A DNA stretch of 64,000 nt, taken from Mobula hypostoma. Taxonomy: Eukaryota. Of this stretch, positions 13,020-25,977 are shown piece by piece (positions within the stretch are counted from its first letter, which is position 1; each line of letters opens with the position of its first letter). Below the pieces are notes generated by a model. It did no database searches. It had not been told where the DNA came from and saw only the letters and a list, made by a program, of their open reading frames with translations. Location: NCBI RefSeq assembly GCF_963921235.1, contig NC_086108.1, positions 89,840,001 to 89,904,000 on the forward strand, in the 5' to 3' direction. Position numbers and translations under genes: made by a program.

Positions 13020-14421
13020 AATGTGGTCTGATCTTCATCTAAGGCACAGTAGTAGACAAAGACAATCTGCCTAACGAATAACACACAATTGTACTACTTC
13101 TCATCAATTACGTTTAGGTTCAAAAAAGTAAGTGAACCTCAGGGTTAATGCCTTCTACAAAAGCTATTTGAAGTCAGCTGTTCCAATCAATGTGTGGGTT
13201 GTCAAGGTGCCCTATCCTATAAAAGTCAGGTTTCTGACAGAGCCCACTCTTCAAGAAAGATCTGTTTATGCACATCAAGCCTCAATCAAAACAACTTTCA
13301 GAGGACCTTAGATGAAGAATTGTAGAGACACATGAAGCTAGAAAAGGCTACAAAAGCAGTTCTAAGGACCTGAGTGCTATCAGTCCACAGTAAGAGGAAC
13401 TGTCTACATATGGAGGAAATTCAGCGCTGTTGCTACTTCCATTACGTGTAGGTATCCTGCAAAGATCACATCAAGAGAACAATGTGCAATGCTGAAAGGT
13501 GAAATGAGCCCAAGGGTAACAGCAAAAGATCTGCAGAAATCTCTAGAATTTGCTAAGGTCTCTGTTCATATGTCCACTACATAAAAAAAACAAGAATGGT
13601 GTTCACAGAAGGACACAACAGAGGAAACCACTGCTCTCCAAAAAAATATTGCTGCACATCTTCTGACCACCTGGATGTTTCACAACACTTCTGGGACAAT
13701 GTTCTGTGGACAGATGAGACAAACGATGAACTTTTTGGCAGAAATGCACAATGCATGCACTATGCTTGGAGGAAAAAGGGCACTGCACACCAATTCTGAA
13801 GCCTCATCCCAACTGTGAAGTGGAAGGAGCACTGTGGTTTGGGGCTGCTTTGTTGCTTCAGGGCCTGGACAGCTTGCATTTTACAGGAGAACGTCAGGGT
13901 ACTGGTGTATCACCTGAAGCTTAACAGACGTTGGGTGATGCAGCAAGATAGTGATTCAAAACAAAAGAATAAATCAACAGAATGGTTTCAAAAGAAGAAA
14001 ATTCATGTTTTGGAATGGCCAAGTCAGAGTCCAGACCATTACTCAATTGAGATGCTGTGGCATGACCTGAAGAGGGCTGTTCATGAAGGTATCCCAGAGA
14101 CAATGGTGAACTTAAATAGTTTGGTATGGAGGAATGGTCTAACATTCCTCTTTGCATTGTGCAAGTCTGATCAGCAGCTACAGGAAAACATTTGGTGGAA
14201 GTTATTCCTGCTAAAGGAGGTTCTACCAGTTATTAAATACAAAGGTTCACATACTTTTTCCAGCCTGGACTGTGAAAGACTGAACAATAAGTTCAATAAA
14301 ACATGAGAAGTACAAATGTTTGTATTCTTAGTAGTTTAGGCAGATTATGTTTGTCGATTAGAAGAATACTCATAAAATGTAATCAAACTAATGCAGAAAA
14401 CCAGGTAATTGCAAGGGGTTC
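13020..14421 (+). mobile_element. Tc1-family (IR/DR-type) transposon with decayed transposase
   Basis: Fragments HFWDNVLWTDET, WVMQQDSDSK and LEWPSQSPDHYSIEMLWHDLK (DDE region). AAAAAGTA(A/T)GTGAACC repeat motifs in long terminal repeats. Outer ends are missing. Confidence 0.9.
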
Positions 14422-14539
14422 TGGTCTCCCTGATATATGGTTGATTATAAGTTGATCCCTGAGACCAGAACTGTACACAGGGCTGGTGCAGTCTCATAGG
14501 GCATGATAGGTTTGGGCTACAATCCTGCTATAACACTTA

Positions 14540-14758
14540 CAGTCACAAGAAAAAGTTTGTGAACCCCTTGCAATTAACTGGTTTTCTGCATTAATTTGAC
14601 TACATTTTATGAGTATTCTTCTAATCGACAAACATAATCTGCCTAAACTAATAATACAAACATTTGTACTTTTCATGTTTTACTGAACTCACTGTTTAAT
14701 CTTTCACAGGCCAGGCTGGAAAAAGTATGTGAACCCTTGTATTTAATAACTGGTAGAA
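14540..14758 (-). mobile_element. Inverted second copy of the Tc1 right end
   Basis: Begins TA|CAGTCACAAGAAAAAGTTTGTGAACCC. 14563-14758 is an imperfect reverse complement of 14221-14421. Confidence 0.85.
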
Positions 14759-15493
14759 TAACTGGCATTCTCTGCAATAAAAGAGGCAGAGCAAAAGTTC
14801 ATCAAATTTATCACTAATTGTAGGGTGTTACTCAAGTAGATAGGCCTACCTGTACACCAAAGATAGATTACAAAAGCACAATTATACAGCTGTACAAGAG
14901 GACTGATTACCCCAATATCAACTGTCATACTCTCAGATAGACTGAAAGGCAGAGAAAATGAAAGTATCAGTTTCAGAATAAGGTTTCTTATGTTTAAGTC
15001 AGTTGAAGATTTTTTCCTTCGAAGTGTTATGACCTTTTGGAATGCTCTATTACAAAATGCTGCAGGAGCAGGGTCATTGTACATACTCAATGCAGAGATG
15101 CACAGATGAATGCACGATCAAGTAGCATGGGAAGACACTGAGAAATTTGCACATGATCAACTTACAATCAACCGTGATTTTATGAAGTAGTAAACATAAC
15201 ACAGATGTTTACTGTGGTATCAAGAACTCAAGAATTAAGTTCAAAGAAATAAAATGAAACCTACACTAATTGGAGTTAGTTCACACTCAAAAAAAGATGT
15301 CATCCCCAGAACATACAGCCCCTCAAAGCATCCAAATTGAGCTATCTCCAGCAAAACCTTTCCTCCAATACAAAGTGAGAAAGCTCAGTGATAAATGCAG
15401 TGATCAGTTCCATTCCTAATCTCTCATCTAACGAAGCACTGTATGCCAGCATGCTGCAAGACCGTCAATATTCCATTTTAGACTTATACAGTA

Positions 15494-16009
15494 CAGGTTT
15501 TCCCCGTTATCCGAATATAGAGCATTCCTATGAAACCGTTCATAAGCCGAAATGGCGTAAAGCGAAGAAGCAATTACCCATTAATTTATACGGGAAATTT
15601 TTTTGAGCATTCCCAGACCCAAAAAATAACCTACCAAATCATACCAAATAACACAAAACCTAAAATAACACTAAAATATAATAAAAGCAGGCATATGATA
15701 AATACACAGCCTATATAAAGTAGAAATAATGTATGTACAGTGTAATTTCACTTAACAGAATCGGGAAGTTTGAGCCAAAATCGATTTGTTGAAAAAAATC
15801 AGCACGTACACGCATGTGCACGTCACGCATGCACACACACCTGCCCACGCAAGGCTTCATGGTCATGGTAGTTTTTCTAGGGGTAAACACAAGTTTAAAG
15901 CAAGCGTCTTTTTTTGCAAAAGCGAAAATCCGCTTTTGGTTAACGAAAATAGGTCTTTCGTAAAAGCGAAATGTCGTAAAGGGAACGTTCGGAAAGCTGG
16001 GGACACCTG
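15494..16009. mobile_element. Tigger/pogo-family MITE
   Basis: Termini closely match those of 2099-3657 (CAGGTTTTCCCC...GGGGACACCTG). TA TSD at 15492-15493 and 16010-16011. Confidence 0.9.
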
Positions 16010-16305
16010 TACATGAAAAACAACATTCAGTGACAGACAATAGCTATATAGAATGAGATGTAACGTCTGTGACCCCAACTGACTCCTGTTGCCTAGGGTG
16101 AATAGCCGCCGACCCCACCAAACAGTGCAAATGCTTTGGTGCGGATACGGTGTGAGGCACCCAAATATCAGCCACGACACAAATATCAAATAACATACAA
16201 AGTACGAGTACAGAAATATACTTTTATAGTAGTTATTGGTGATGGGTTAGTAGAAACAACTAAAAGAAAAGGCACCACATAAGTACCTTATCAGTCTTGT
16301 GCACA

Positions 16306-17841
16306 CAGGATCCAGAGCGATAGAGCAGTGAAAGAAGTGCATGGAGTAAAGCCAGATCTAACATATAGAGAGGCTTTGAGGAAAGAGAAGCAGAATAAAG
16401 GGTGTAAAAGTAGGAAGGTAGAAGAGTTAAAGTGCGTGTACTTCAATGCAAGAAGTATCAGGAACAAAGGAGATGAACTGAGAGCTTGGATACATACATG
16501 GAATTATGATGTAATGGCCAATACAGAGACTTGGCTGGCACCAGGGCAGGAATGGATTCTCAATATTCCTGGATTTCAGTGCTTTAAAAGGGATAGAGAG
16601 GGGAGGAGGGGGAGGGGAGGAGGTGTGGCATTGCTGAACAGGGATACTATTACAGCTACAGAAAGGGTGGGTAATGTAGCAGGATCCTCTTTTGAGTCAG
16701 TATGGGTGGAAGGCAGGAACAGGAAGGGAGCAGTTACTCTATTGGGAGTATTCTATAGGCCCCCTGGTAGCAGCAGAGATACCGAAGAGCAGATTGGGAG
16801 GCAGATTTTGGAAAGGTGCAAAAATAACAGGGTCGTTATCAGGGGTGACTTCAACTTCCCTAATATTGATTGGCACCTGATTAGCCCCAAGGGTTTGGAC
16901 GGGGCAGAGTTTGTTAAGTGTGTCCAGGATGGATTCCTGTCACAGTATGTTGACAGACCGACTAGGGGGAATGCCATACTAGATCTAGTATTAGGTAACG
17001 AACCGGGTCAGGTCACAGATCTCTCAGTGGGTGTACATCTGGGGGACAGTGACCACCACTCCCTGGCCTTCAGCATTATCATGGAAAAGGATAGAATCAC
17101 AGAGGACAGGAAAATTTTTTTATTGGGCAAGGGCAAATTATGAGGCTATAAGGCTAGAACTTGCAGGTGTGAAGTGGGATGATGTTTTTACAGGGAAATG
17201 TACTACGGGCATGTGGTCGATGTTTAGAGACCTCTTGCAGGATGTTAGGGATAAATTTGTCCCGGTGAGGAAGATAAAGAATGGTAGGGTGAAGGAACCA
17301 TGGCTGACAAGTGAGGTGGAAAATCTAGTCAGGTGGAAGAAGGCAGCATACATGAGGTTTAGGAAGCAGGGATCAGATGGGTCTATTGAGGAATATAGGG
17401 AAGCAAGAAAGGAGCTTAAGAAGGGGCTGAGAAGAGCAAGGGGGCATGAGAAGGCCTTGGCGAGTAGGGTAAAGGAAAACCTCGAGGCATTCTTCAATTA
17501 TGTGAAGAAAAAAAGGATGACAGGAGTGAAGGTATGACCCATTGGAGATAAAGATGGGAAGATGTGCCTGGAGGCTGTGGAAGTGAGCGAGGTCCTCAAT
17601 GAATACTTCTCTTCGGTATTCACCAATGAGAGGAAACCTGATGACGGTGAGGACAATATGAGTGAGGTTGATGTTCTGCAGCATGTTGAAATTAAGGGAG
17701 AGGAGGTGTTGGAGTTATTAAAATACATTAGGACGGATAAGTCCCCGGGGCCTGACGGAATATTCCCCAGGCTGCTCCACGAGGCGAGGGAAGAGATTGC
17801 TGAGCCTCTGGCTAGGATCTTTATGTCCTCGTTGTTTACGG
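16306..17841 (+). mobile_element. CR1 LINE ORF2 5' part (APE endonuclease), truncated at the hAT element
   Basis: ORFs with YFNARSI, TETWL, YRPP, GDFNFP, LDLVL, SDH and KSPGPDG motifs. Same subfamily as 55460-57590. Confidence 0.93.
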
Positions 17842-19066
17842 CAGCGGTCCCCAACCACCGGACCGCGGACAGGTACCGGGCCGCAGAGCATGCGCTACCG
17901 GGCCGCAAGGAAACGATATGATTTGGCGATATGAGTCAGCTGCACCTTTCCTCATTCCCTGTCATGCCCTGTTGAGCTTGAACACACGTGAGGTCATTAC
18001 CCACGTGATGTCATTACGCACGCGTCATCCATGTCAGCGCGGGAAGAAGATCAACTCCTCGAGCTTGCAAATGATGGTGGGCTGAAAAGTATGTTTGACA
18101 TAACATTTCTGCCGGCATTCTGGATCAAAGTGAAGGCTGAATATCCTGAGATAGCCACGGAAGCACTGAAAACGTTGCTTCCATTTCCAACGTATCTCTG
18201 CAATAAATGCAACGAAAACTAATTTGCAGAATAGACTGGACATAAGGAACCCCGTTCGAGTATCGCTGTCTCTCGTCACCCTTCGACAGGACTGTCTTGT
18301 TGCAGGAAAACAATCCCAGGGCTCCCACTGATTCAGCAATATTGGTGTGTTGCAATGATTTTATATGTTCATACAGGGAAAATATGTGCTGCGTGTTTAA
18401 TATCCAAATGATACTTAAAATGTTATGATGCTATTGACTTATATAACTATATAACAATTACAGCACGGAAACAGGCCATCTCTGCTCTTCTAGTCCATGT
18501 CAAACACTACTCTCACCTAGTCCCACCGACCTGCACTCAGCCCATAACCCTCCATTTCTTTCCTGTCCATATACCTGTCCAATTTTTCTTTAAATGATAA
18601 TATCAAAGCTGCCTCTACCACTTCTACTGGAAGTTCGTTCAACATTTACTTCAAGCTCCCCGTCCTCCCCAATAATTGACTTATCACTATATACATGTGA
18701 GGAAAATATATGTTTAACATTAAATTCGTTAGATAAACCCTTTTAGAAACGAAATTGAGTGTATTAGCTAATTATCATCTATATTCCGGTCGTGATTAAC
18801 ACCGCCCTCCCCTCCCCCGAACAGAATCGCCAAAAATGATCCGTAGAAAAAAATCATACACGCATGCATAACTTACACATGCGCACTGATGCCTGCGCAA
18901 GGCTTCATGGTCATTGTAGTCTTACTCGAAGTAAACCCAGCGTATTTGACTGATACTCTTGTCCGTTGGCAACCCTACCCCCCCCCCCCACCCCGGGTCG
19001 GCCGTTCCTCAAGAATATTGTCAATATTAAACCAGTCCGCAGTGCAAAAAAGGTTGGGGACCCCTG
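17842..19066 (+). mobile_element. Non-autonomous hAT (Charlie/Buster-like) element
   Basis: TIRs CAGCGGTCCCCAACC...GGTTGGGGACCCCTG. Retains the hAT C-terminal dimerisation region (FWIKVKAEYPEIATEALKTLLPFPTYLC). Contains a CR1 3' tail at about 18460-18635. Confidence 0.88.
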
Positions 19067-20030
19067 AATTAGAGTAATGTACACTGAATAGATTAAAAAT
19101 TGTGCAAATACAGAAATGATATGTATTAAAAAGTAAGGCGATGTTCATGGGTGCAATGTCCATTTAGGAATCAGATTGCAGAAGGGAAGGAGGTGTTCCT
19201 GAATCACTGAGTGTGTGCCTTCAGGCTTCTGTACCTCCTACTCGATGGCAAGAGCGAGAAAAGGGCATGCCCTAGGTGCTGGAGGTCCTTAATAATGGAC
19301 CAGAATAGCCTCAGAATAGAAACACTTCTCTTTACAGGAGGAATTCCTTTAGCCAGAGGGTGGTGAATCTGTTGAATTCATTGGCACAGACAGCTGTGGA
19401 GGCCTAGGCATTGGGTATATTTAAAGCGGAAGTTGATAGGTTCTTGATTAGTCAGGACACAGTCATGAAGCAGGCACCTCAGTGGATCTACTTCGTTAGG
19501 AATTTGATAAGACTTGATATTTCACCAAAGAGTCTCACAAATTTCTACTGGTTGCATCACAGTTTGGTACGGAGCCTCCAATGCAGAGCCTGAGATTGCA
19601 AAAGATTGCAGAGGGCTGTGCACTCAGTCAGCTCCATCATTAACACAACCCTCACAGTCAGAGGACATCTTGAAGAGGTGGTACCTCAAGAAGGTGAGAT
19701 CCATTATGAAGGATTCTCACCATCCAGGACATGCCCTCTATGAGGGAGGAGGTAAAGGAGTCTGAAGACCCACAATCAACGATTTAGGAACAGCTTCTTC
19801 TCCTCTGCCATCTGGGTTGAATAGCTCTTATAAAGAGCCGACATTTGTACGATGCTTAAATGGTCACTTTTTATATACACTGTTCATGTATAATCTAGAA
19901 AGAAACATCTACAGCTTGGCAGAAAAGTTGTGTAAAAAGTAAATAGTAAAAATCACTGTTGGAAAAGAAACTGAAAGGAGAAATACAGGGAACAAGACTT
20001 GTAAAAAGGAAAAGTTACTCTAAAAGGATA

Positions 20031-21107
20031 CTAGACAATGGGGTGACCCGTTGGGGCACCCTATGAGAGAAGGGTAGTGCAATCTGATGTGACCAGAATG
20101 AACATTAAATTTTCCTGAAGGCTATTGGTATGGCTTTGCTTTGGAAACTGAAGTAGAAAACCTCAGTTTATTAAAGAAGAACGACGCGTAGCAAAGCAAA
20201 TATAGCTCCTCCTCATTTAATGAAGGACACTTTTGATGGCATCATTTCTGGTTTATCTGCCACCCTTGTGCCTCTCGTTGTCATTCTGGAGACATGCAGC
20301 CCTTTCATCCCCCGTCTCTTCACCTCTTCTGCTGTTTGTTGTTTGTCTCTGATCCTGGAGACATGCATGCCTCTCCTCCTCTGTCTCTTCTTCTCTCATC
20401 TTTTTCTGTCCTGACTCTTTAATCCTGGAGTCGTGCAGCCCTGGCCTCATCCGATTCTTGTTCTCTCCCTCTCCTTGCCGCTTCCCGACGACATTTGGCG
20501 TCATCTCTTGACCATAATGTCCCCCTTCCCTTTCCACGCGGCATAATTAGGCTGACCATTTTTTTTTACACTAATGTTGGATAGAAGACATGAAGCACTA
20601 ACACCAAAGGATGCTGATTATTCTTGATGAAGTGGTTGGCGCTCTCCTAAATGGATGTGATATAGTCACCGCTGTCTTTTGACTGCAGCAAAGGGTTTTA
20701 TGAGTGTCTCGAAGTAGGTCATTACAATAAGATTTAATTATCTCTTATTGATGGGTGGCAGTTAGATCTGTCCCAATCCTGCACATTAGCAGAAGGTGAC
20801 CCCTCGAAATAGAGCTGCTCTGCCCTTTAGCTCTGGTAGGTGTTGCTGCTGAGGCTGGCCGTGCGAATGCGTCGGGCTGTCGCGTCCCGATTTCCATGAT
20901 GGCGGTTCGTCTCTTGGGTGAAGGTGAGCCTGTTGATTTTTGCAAATGAGCAATTTTATACGAATATATAACCCCGAAATTTGCCTACATTCTGTAAGTT
21001 AGCGCATTTTAAATCCATTTAGCCAAAAAAAAGTGCCGCTGTGATGCACCGTTTGCGCTAATTAGGTCACAAACAGACAGGGCATGAGAGTTTTAGTAGT
21101 ATATAGA
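20031..21107 (-). mobile_element. Non-autonomous Helitron
   Basis: Minus strand begins A|TCTATATACTACT and ends CTAG|T. A GC-rich hairpin (20041-20061) lies just before CTAG. No TSD. The internal ORF remnant has ETEEERHACL/ETGDERAACL repeats like Helitron RepHel N-termini. Confidence 0.8.
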
Positions 21108-22679
21108 TACCAAAACTAGGGTGCTAAAGGGAAACAAGAGCAAATACAAAACTAAACAGAAACCTCATGAGAAAAGCAGCAAAATGATAATCGCTATATT
21201 CACATCTCAGCACAATCAATTCCAGCTTTGTAAATTTTAGACCAAGCAGTTACTTAATCAACTTTAAAACTGGAATGGACCCAATAAACTGTTGCAACGA
21301 ACAGAAAGAACCTTCCCCTTACTTATCGGCTTCTGATTTTCTGCGGCTCTCTCTAATAGGTTTGCCTTGGCAAGAATTTTCTTATTTATCAATCAGACAT
21401 TCAGACTTTCCAGCTCCATTCCAAAATATAAATAATTTATACTGATACTCAGAGATCTAGGTAAGTTCTGCACTGCTGATGTACTGTCCACTGGATGAAA
21501 TGCATACCCAAGTTGAAAAGGAAACATTGCTGTCCATATCATAACTCCATTTACTTCCACACAAGGTGCCTTCCGCAATTACTCCTCAAAGTTGGTTCCA
21601 GATCTGGAAGGTAAAGCTTGTCAGCTACCTGATAGGCTTTGTATTCTGAAACATTTTTCAGCCATACAATCCTCTGAAATTATACTCCTTGAACTCTGAT
21701 TCCTGTACATTCTCAACTTACATTGCACGCCAACGGGTCAGGGTGCTGGTTCTGCCCACTGCTCCGCAACGTTTACTCAGCTCTGCGCTGAACTGAGGCT
21801 GTAGCCTGCCCTAGCTCCAGTGATGCCTGGCTTCATGCCTTTAGTAAAACTTCAGCTCAGAATACTCTTTGCTTTTATTGTTTGCATAGCTTGTGTTTTT
21901 TCTCTCTCTGTGCTTTGGGTGTTTGACAGTTTTTTTTTTAAATGGGTTCTTTTGTGTTTCTTTATTTTGTTGCTGCCTGTAAGGAGATGAATCCCAAGGT
22001 TGTATAAGATATACAAGCTCTGACAGTAAATGTATCTTGAACATTTTTTGTGGACTGTGATGACCAGAACTCCAGCAATCAAATATTTAAGGATCACAGC
22101 AAGGTGACAGTAAATACATTGCTCCCATTGGTTAGTGATGAGCCCAAGCTCATGATAAATGAAAAAGGAAAATTTAGCTAAACCTCTTTTGCAGAGAATA
22201 TGAAATTATCTGCCAAAATACAAGTAAGGAATTGTTTGAAATAAATATGAAGGGTAGCTTTTAGTAAGTACAATGGGAATTGGGTGACTGCTATACAGAA
22301 TTAAAAATCTGACTACTCGTTTGAGACTGAGGGACATGAGCATGTATACAGGTCTGGCCAGCACTGGGATGAGAAAACTAAAACCTCAGACTTCCTCTGT
22401 ACATCAACCTACTGAAATAACAACAGTGGAGCAAATATCTTTACTGCATACTTGAAGTTTCTGCTACAACACCAGGCAGAACGTATACAAACAATGGCTG
22501 AGGATGGGATTCTCTAGCCTAAAGCATTTATGGTGATGGTCAGATTCAATGAGAAAAATTTACAAGTTCTCCGGCTCAGGGCATATTCAAACTGCTTACA
22601 GCTGGGTTAGATTTTAATGAACTGATGAATTCAGAGTACATAGTAATCAGGCAACTACTGTTTCTTGTTAAGTACAAAA

Positions 22680-22880
22680 TGCAAGGAGTCTATACACTCT
22701 CCCCGTGGAACACATACGTTTTCCCTGGGAGCGGGGGTTCTTCCCACAGTCCAAAGATGTACTGAGTAGGTTCATTGATTATTGCAAACTCGGTTAGAGT
22801 TAATAGAGTTTGTCGGGGGTTGCTGGGGCTGCGTGGTTTCAAGGGTCTACTCTGCACTGTATCATTAAATACATAAAATC
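22680..22880 (+). mobile_element. V-SINE fragment
   Basis: CAAGGAGTCT..CTCTCCCCGTG...TTCCCACAGTCCAAAGATGT, similar to 5455-5945. Confidence 0.6.
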
Positions 22881-23220
22881 TAATTTGTATTGTACCTTTC
22901 ACATCACACTGGGATTGCACAGTGAAGCCACATCCACCAGCATATGCCCCGTTATTTACCATAGAACTAATTAAGAATGAAGATAAACCTATGACATTGC
23001 GTATTACATTGCATACCACATTGCGTATTACAGCTTTACAAATAATGTAAATATAAGCATGTTTACAAACAGCAACAGCAAATTCTCCGACTTCAGGTAA
23101 ATTACTTTGTTTCTATATCAGAACTGGGTTTTTTTTTGCTTATTCTATTTGTATTGTCTGCCAGGCAGTTATGCCCCTCAATTTTGTCATTAGCAACACA
23201 TTACAGACAAAAAAATAATC

Positions 23221-23370
23221 TAAGCACGAGAAATTCCGCAGATGCTGGAAATCCAAAGCACCATACACAAAATGCTGGAAGAACTCAGCAGGTCAGGCAG
23301 CATCTATGGAAATGAATGAACAGTTGACATTTCTTCAGGACTGGAAAGGAAGGGGTAGATGCCAGAATAA
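23221..23370 (-). mobile_element. Penelope-derived short repeat, hammerhead helix II deleted
   Basis: GCAGATGCTGGAAATCC...AATGCTGGAAGAACTCAGCAGGTCAGGCAGCATCTATGG...CAGTTGACATTTCTTCAGGACTGG. Confidence 0.7.
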
Positions 23371-23529
23371 ATCTCTCATATTCCCTATGTTCTACTCATC
23401 CCTCCCCGACCGAATACTAGTACTTTCTTATTTCCAGTTTTAACAAAGCTCATTTTCTCTTACCACAAACTTGATCAGCATTTCCAACATTTCCTGGTTT
23501 TATTTCAAGAACAGTGAGATAACAGTGAT

Positions 23530-24560
23530 GCCCTCCTGCCATCTGGCAAAAGGCACCGAAGCATTCGGGCTCTCACGACCAGACTATGTAACTGTTTCTT
23601 CCCCCAAGCCATCAGACTCCTCAATACCCAGAGCCTAGATTGACACCAACCTACTGCCCTCCACTGTGCCTATTGTCTTGTTTATTATTTATTGTAATCC
23701 CAGCACTGCTATTTTTTAGATTATGAGAACACTCAGTCCTCTTTTATTGTCATTTAGAAATGCATACATGCATTAAGAAATGATACAATGTTTCTCCGGA
23801 GTGATATCACAGAAAACAGGACAAACCAAAGACTAAGACTGACAAAACCACATAATTATAACATATAGTTACAGCAGTGCAAAGCAATACCATAATTTGA
23901 TGAAGAACAAACCATGGGAACGGTAAATAAAGTCTCAAAAGTCCCCGAGTCGATCAACTCCCAAGTCCCCGATAGCAGGCGGCAAAAGGGAGAAACTCCC
24001 TGCCATAAACCTCCAGGCACCGTCAACTTGCCGATGCCTTGGAAGCAGCCGACCACAGCTGACACTGAGTCCACCCGTCCGAAAACTTAGAGCTTCCAAC
24101 CAGCTTCCCCAATATAGCCTCCCAAGCGCCATCCTCTGCTGAGCGCCTTCGACCTCGCCCCAGCCACTGAAACAAGCAAAACCGAAGATTTCGGGGCCTT
24201 CTGCTCCGGAGATTCCAGTTACCACACAGTAGCAGCGGCAGCGAAACGGCAATTCGGAAGTTTTCCAGATGTTCCTCCGTACTCTCACGTCTGTCTCCAT
24301 CAAATCAGAATTGAGCACAGTCCCCTACATGACAGATAATAGACATCACCACCAAAGAGGCCGTGCGCGCTGCCATCTTCTCCTCCTCTTTATGCACTTT
24401 ATGCAGTCCTGGTAGGTCTGTAGTCTAGTGTAGTTTTTTACGTAGTTCAGTGTAGTTTTTGTATTGTTTCATGTAGCACCATTGTCCTGAAAAACGTCTC
24501 ATTTTTACTGTGTACTGTACCAGCAGTTATGGTCAAAATGACAATAAAAAGCGACTTGAC
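23530..24560 (+). mobile_element. Rex1/Babar LINE 3' end interrupted by a minus-strand non-autonomous retroelement (about 23718-24388)
   Basis: ORF end encoding LLPSGKRHR...CFFPQAIRLLN, then a 3' UTR with AATAAA and a GACTT tail. On the minus strand the insert starts GAGGAGGAGAAGATGGC and ends with AATAAAAG plus a short tail. Confidence 0.65.
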
Positions 24561-25259
24561 AATGTATATTAAATTCTCAACATAAATATTGATTTGTTAA
24601 AAGATAGCACAAGATGAAGATACATTCTTTGTGTTTAATGTACTAAATCAATACTCTAAATAACAACTTTGCTTAACGCGTTGAATTCAACTATAAAAAA
24701 TTAAATCAAACATATTTTCTACATTCTGCCATCACACCCTCCCTTGAAATACCTGTAGCTGAGATATCTTGAAATATTTCTTTTAAAATACCACCAACTC
24801 ACCAAACCTGTAAACTTCACCAGAGGCAGGCAGACTAACTACACAGGAATCTGGCACAAATTTCACAGCTGGATAACCACACCCTCCCTTTAAACAGGTT
24901 AAAAAAACTTGCAATATATTCAACAAAATATGTATCACCACACCTGTAAACTTGACAAGAGGCAGACTGACCATATAGAAATTCAGTACAATTCCCCCAG
25001 TTCTGTGCAATCCTCCATTCTCTCAGAACTTTTGACTCAAAGCAACTCTTGAGACAGTTTCCCAAACATGGTTAAAATGTACACAACATCAGGTTATCAG
25101 GGCATCTTACTAGAATGCAGTGCAATTAAGCGCTGGGCGTATCAAATTAATTGTGCCCCCCAGAATTAAGTCTTACAGCCAACTCTCTCTCCAGTGTTGT
25201 GATAAACATACAGCGATATTAAGTCTTTCTCTGTAGTTGTTTGAATTTCTGCATATATC

Positions 25260-25575
25260 GTAGAACAGTACAGCAGAGGCCTCTCAGCCCACATTTGCTG
25301 AACCAACTGAACTAATGACATCTAATGCTTTCTGCTGCACATAGTCTATATTCCTCCAATCTCCGCATATTCATGTATTTGACAGCTATTAAACGCCCCT
25401 ATTGTATCTGCCTCAACCACCACGCCTGGCAACGCATTCCAGGCATCCACTAGTCTGAGTAAAATAAAACTTACCACACACAACTCATTGAATTTTCCCC
25501 CTCTCACCTTAAACATGTATCCTCTAGTATTAGACATTTCTATGTTGGGAAAAATATACCAACTATCTACATCCT
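25260..25575 (-). mobile_element. CR1 3' fragment
   Basis: NTRGYMFKVRGGKF...DAWNALPGVVVEADTI. Confidence 0.75.
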
Positions 25576-25977
25576 TACATAGATATATCCTATTATATCC
25601 CAAGTGTTTTACTTTAATGTGACATTTCAAACATTCATAAATGTTTTCCTCCAGTCCCCAGCTTTATCTTCACCCTAGATATGCAACAGAAGACCAAGAA
25701 AAACTAAATTGACTAAATTATCAGTCATGAAAACAGTAATAGCAACACAAAAACAATTTTAACATTACTGTAACAGAGTTGAAGCCATAACTTGATCTCT
25801 CCCCATAATTCTGTCTGACTTCTGAATATCTCCAATACTTTGCTTTAATTTCAGATGTACAAACACAGAGGTTTGTTTTTAATTCCAAGTACATATAGTA
25901 CAACAAACAATCTGCTGAACGAATTCGGCAAGGGTGTGTGTGTAAACTGTAGAGATTTCGGGCTGAATTCCTACATT

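Noticed and set aside
16059..16305. Possible LTR fragment starting TGTAAC
   Set aside because: No second terminus or TSD is visible because it is cut by the CR1, so it cannot be supported.
18031..18222. Domesticated ZBED/Buster gene
   Set aside because: Only a short frameshifted hAT C-terminal remnant inside TIRs.
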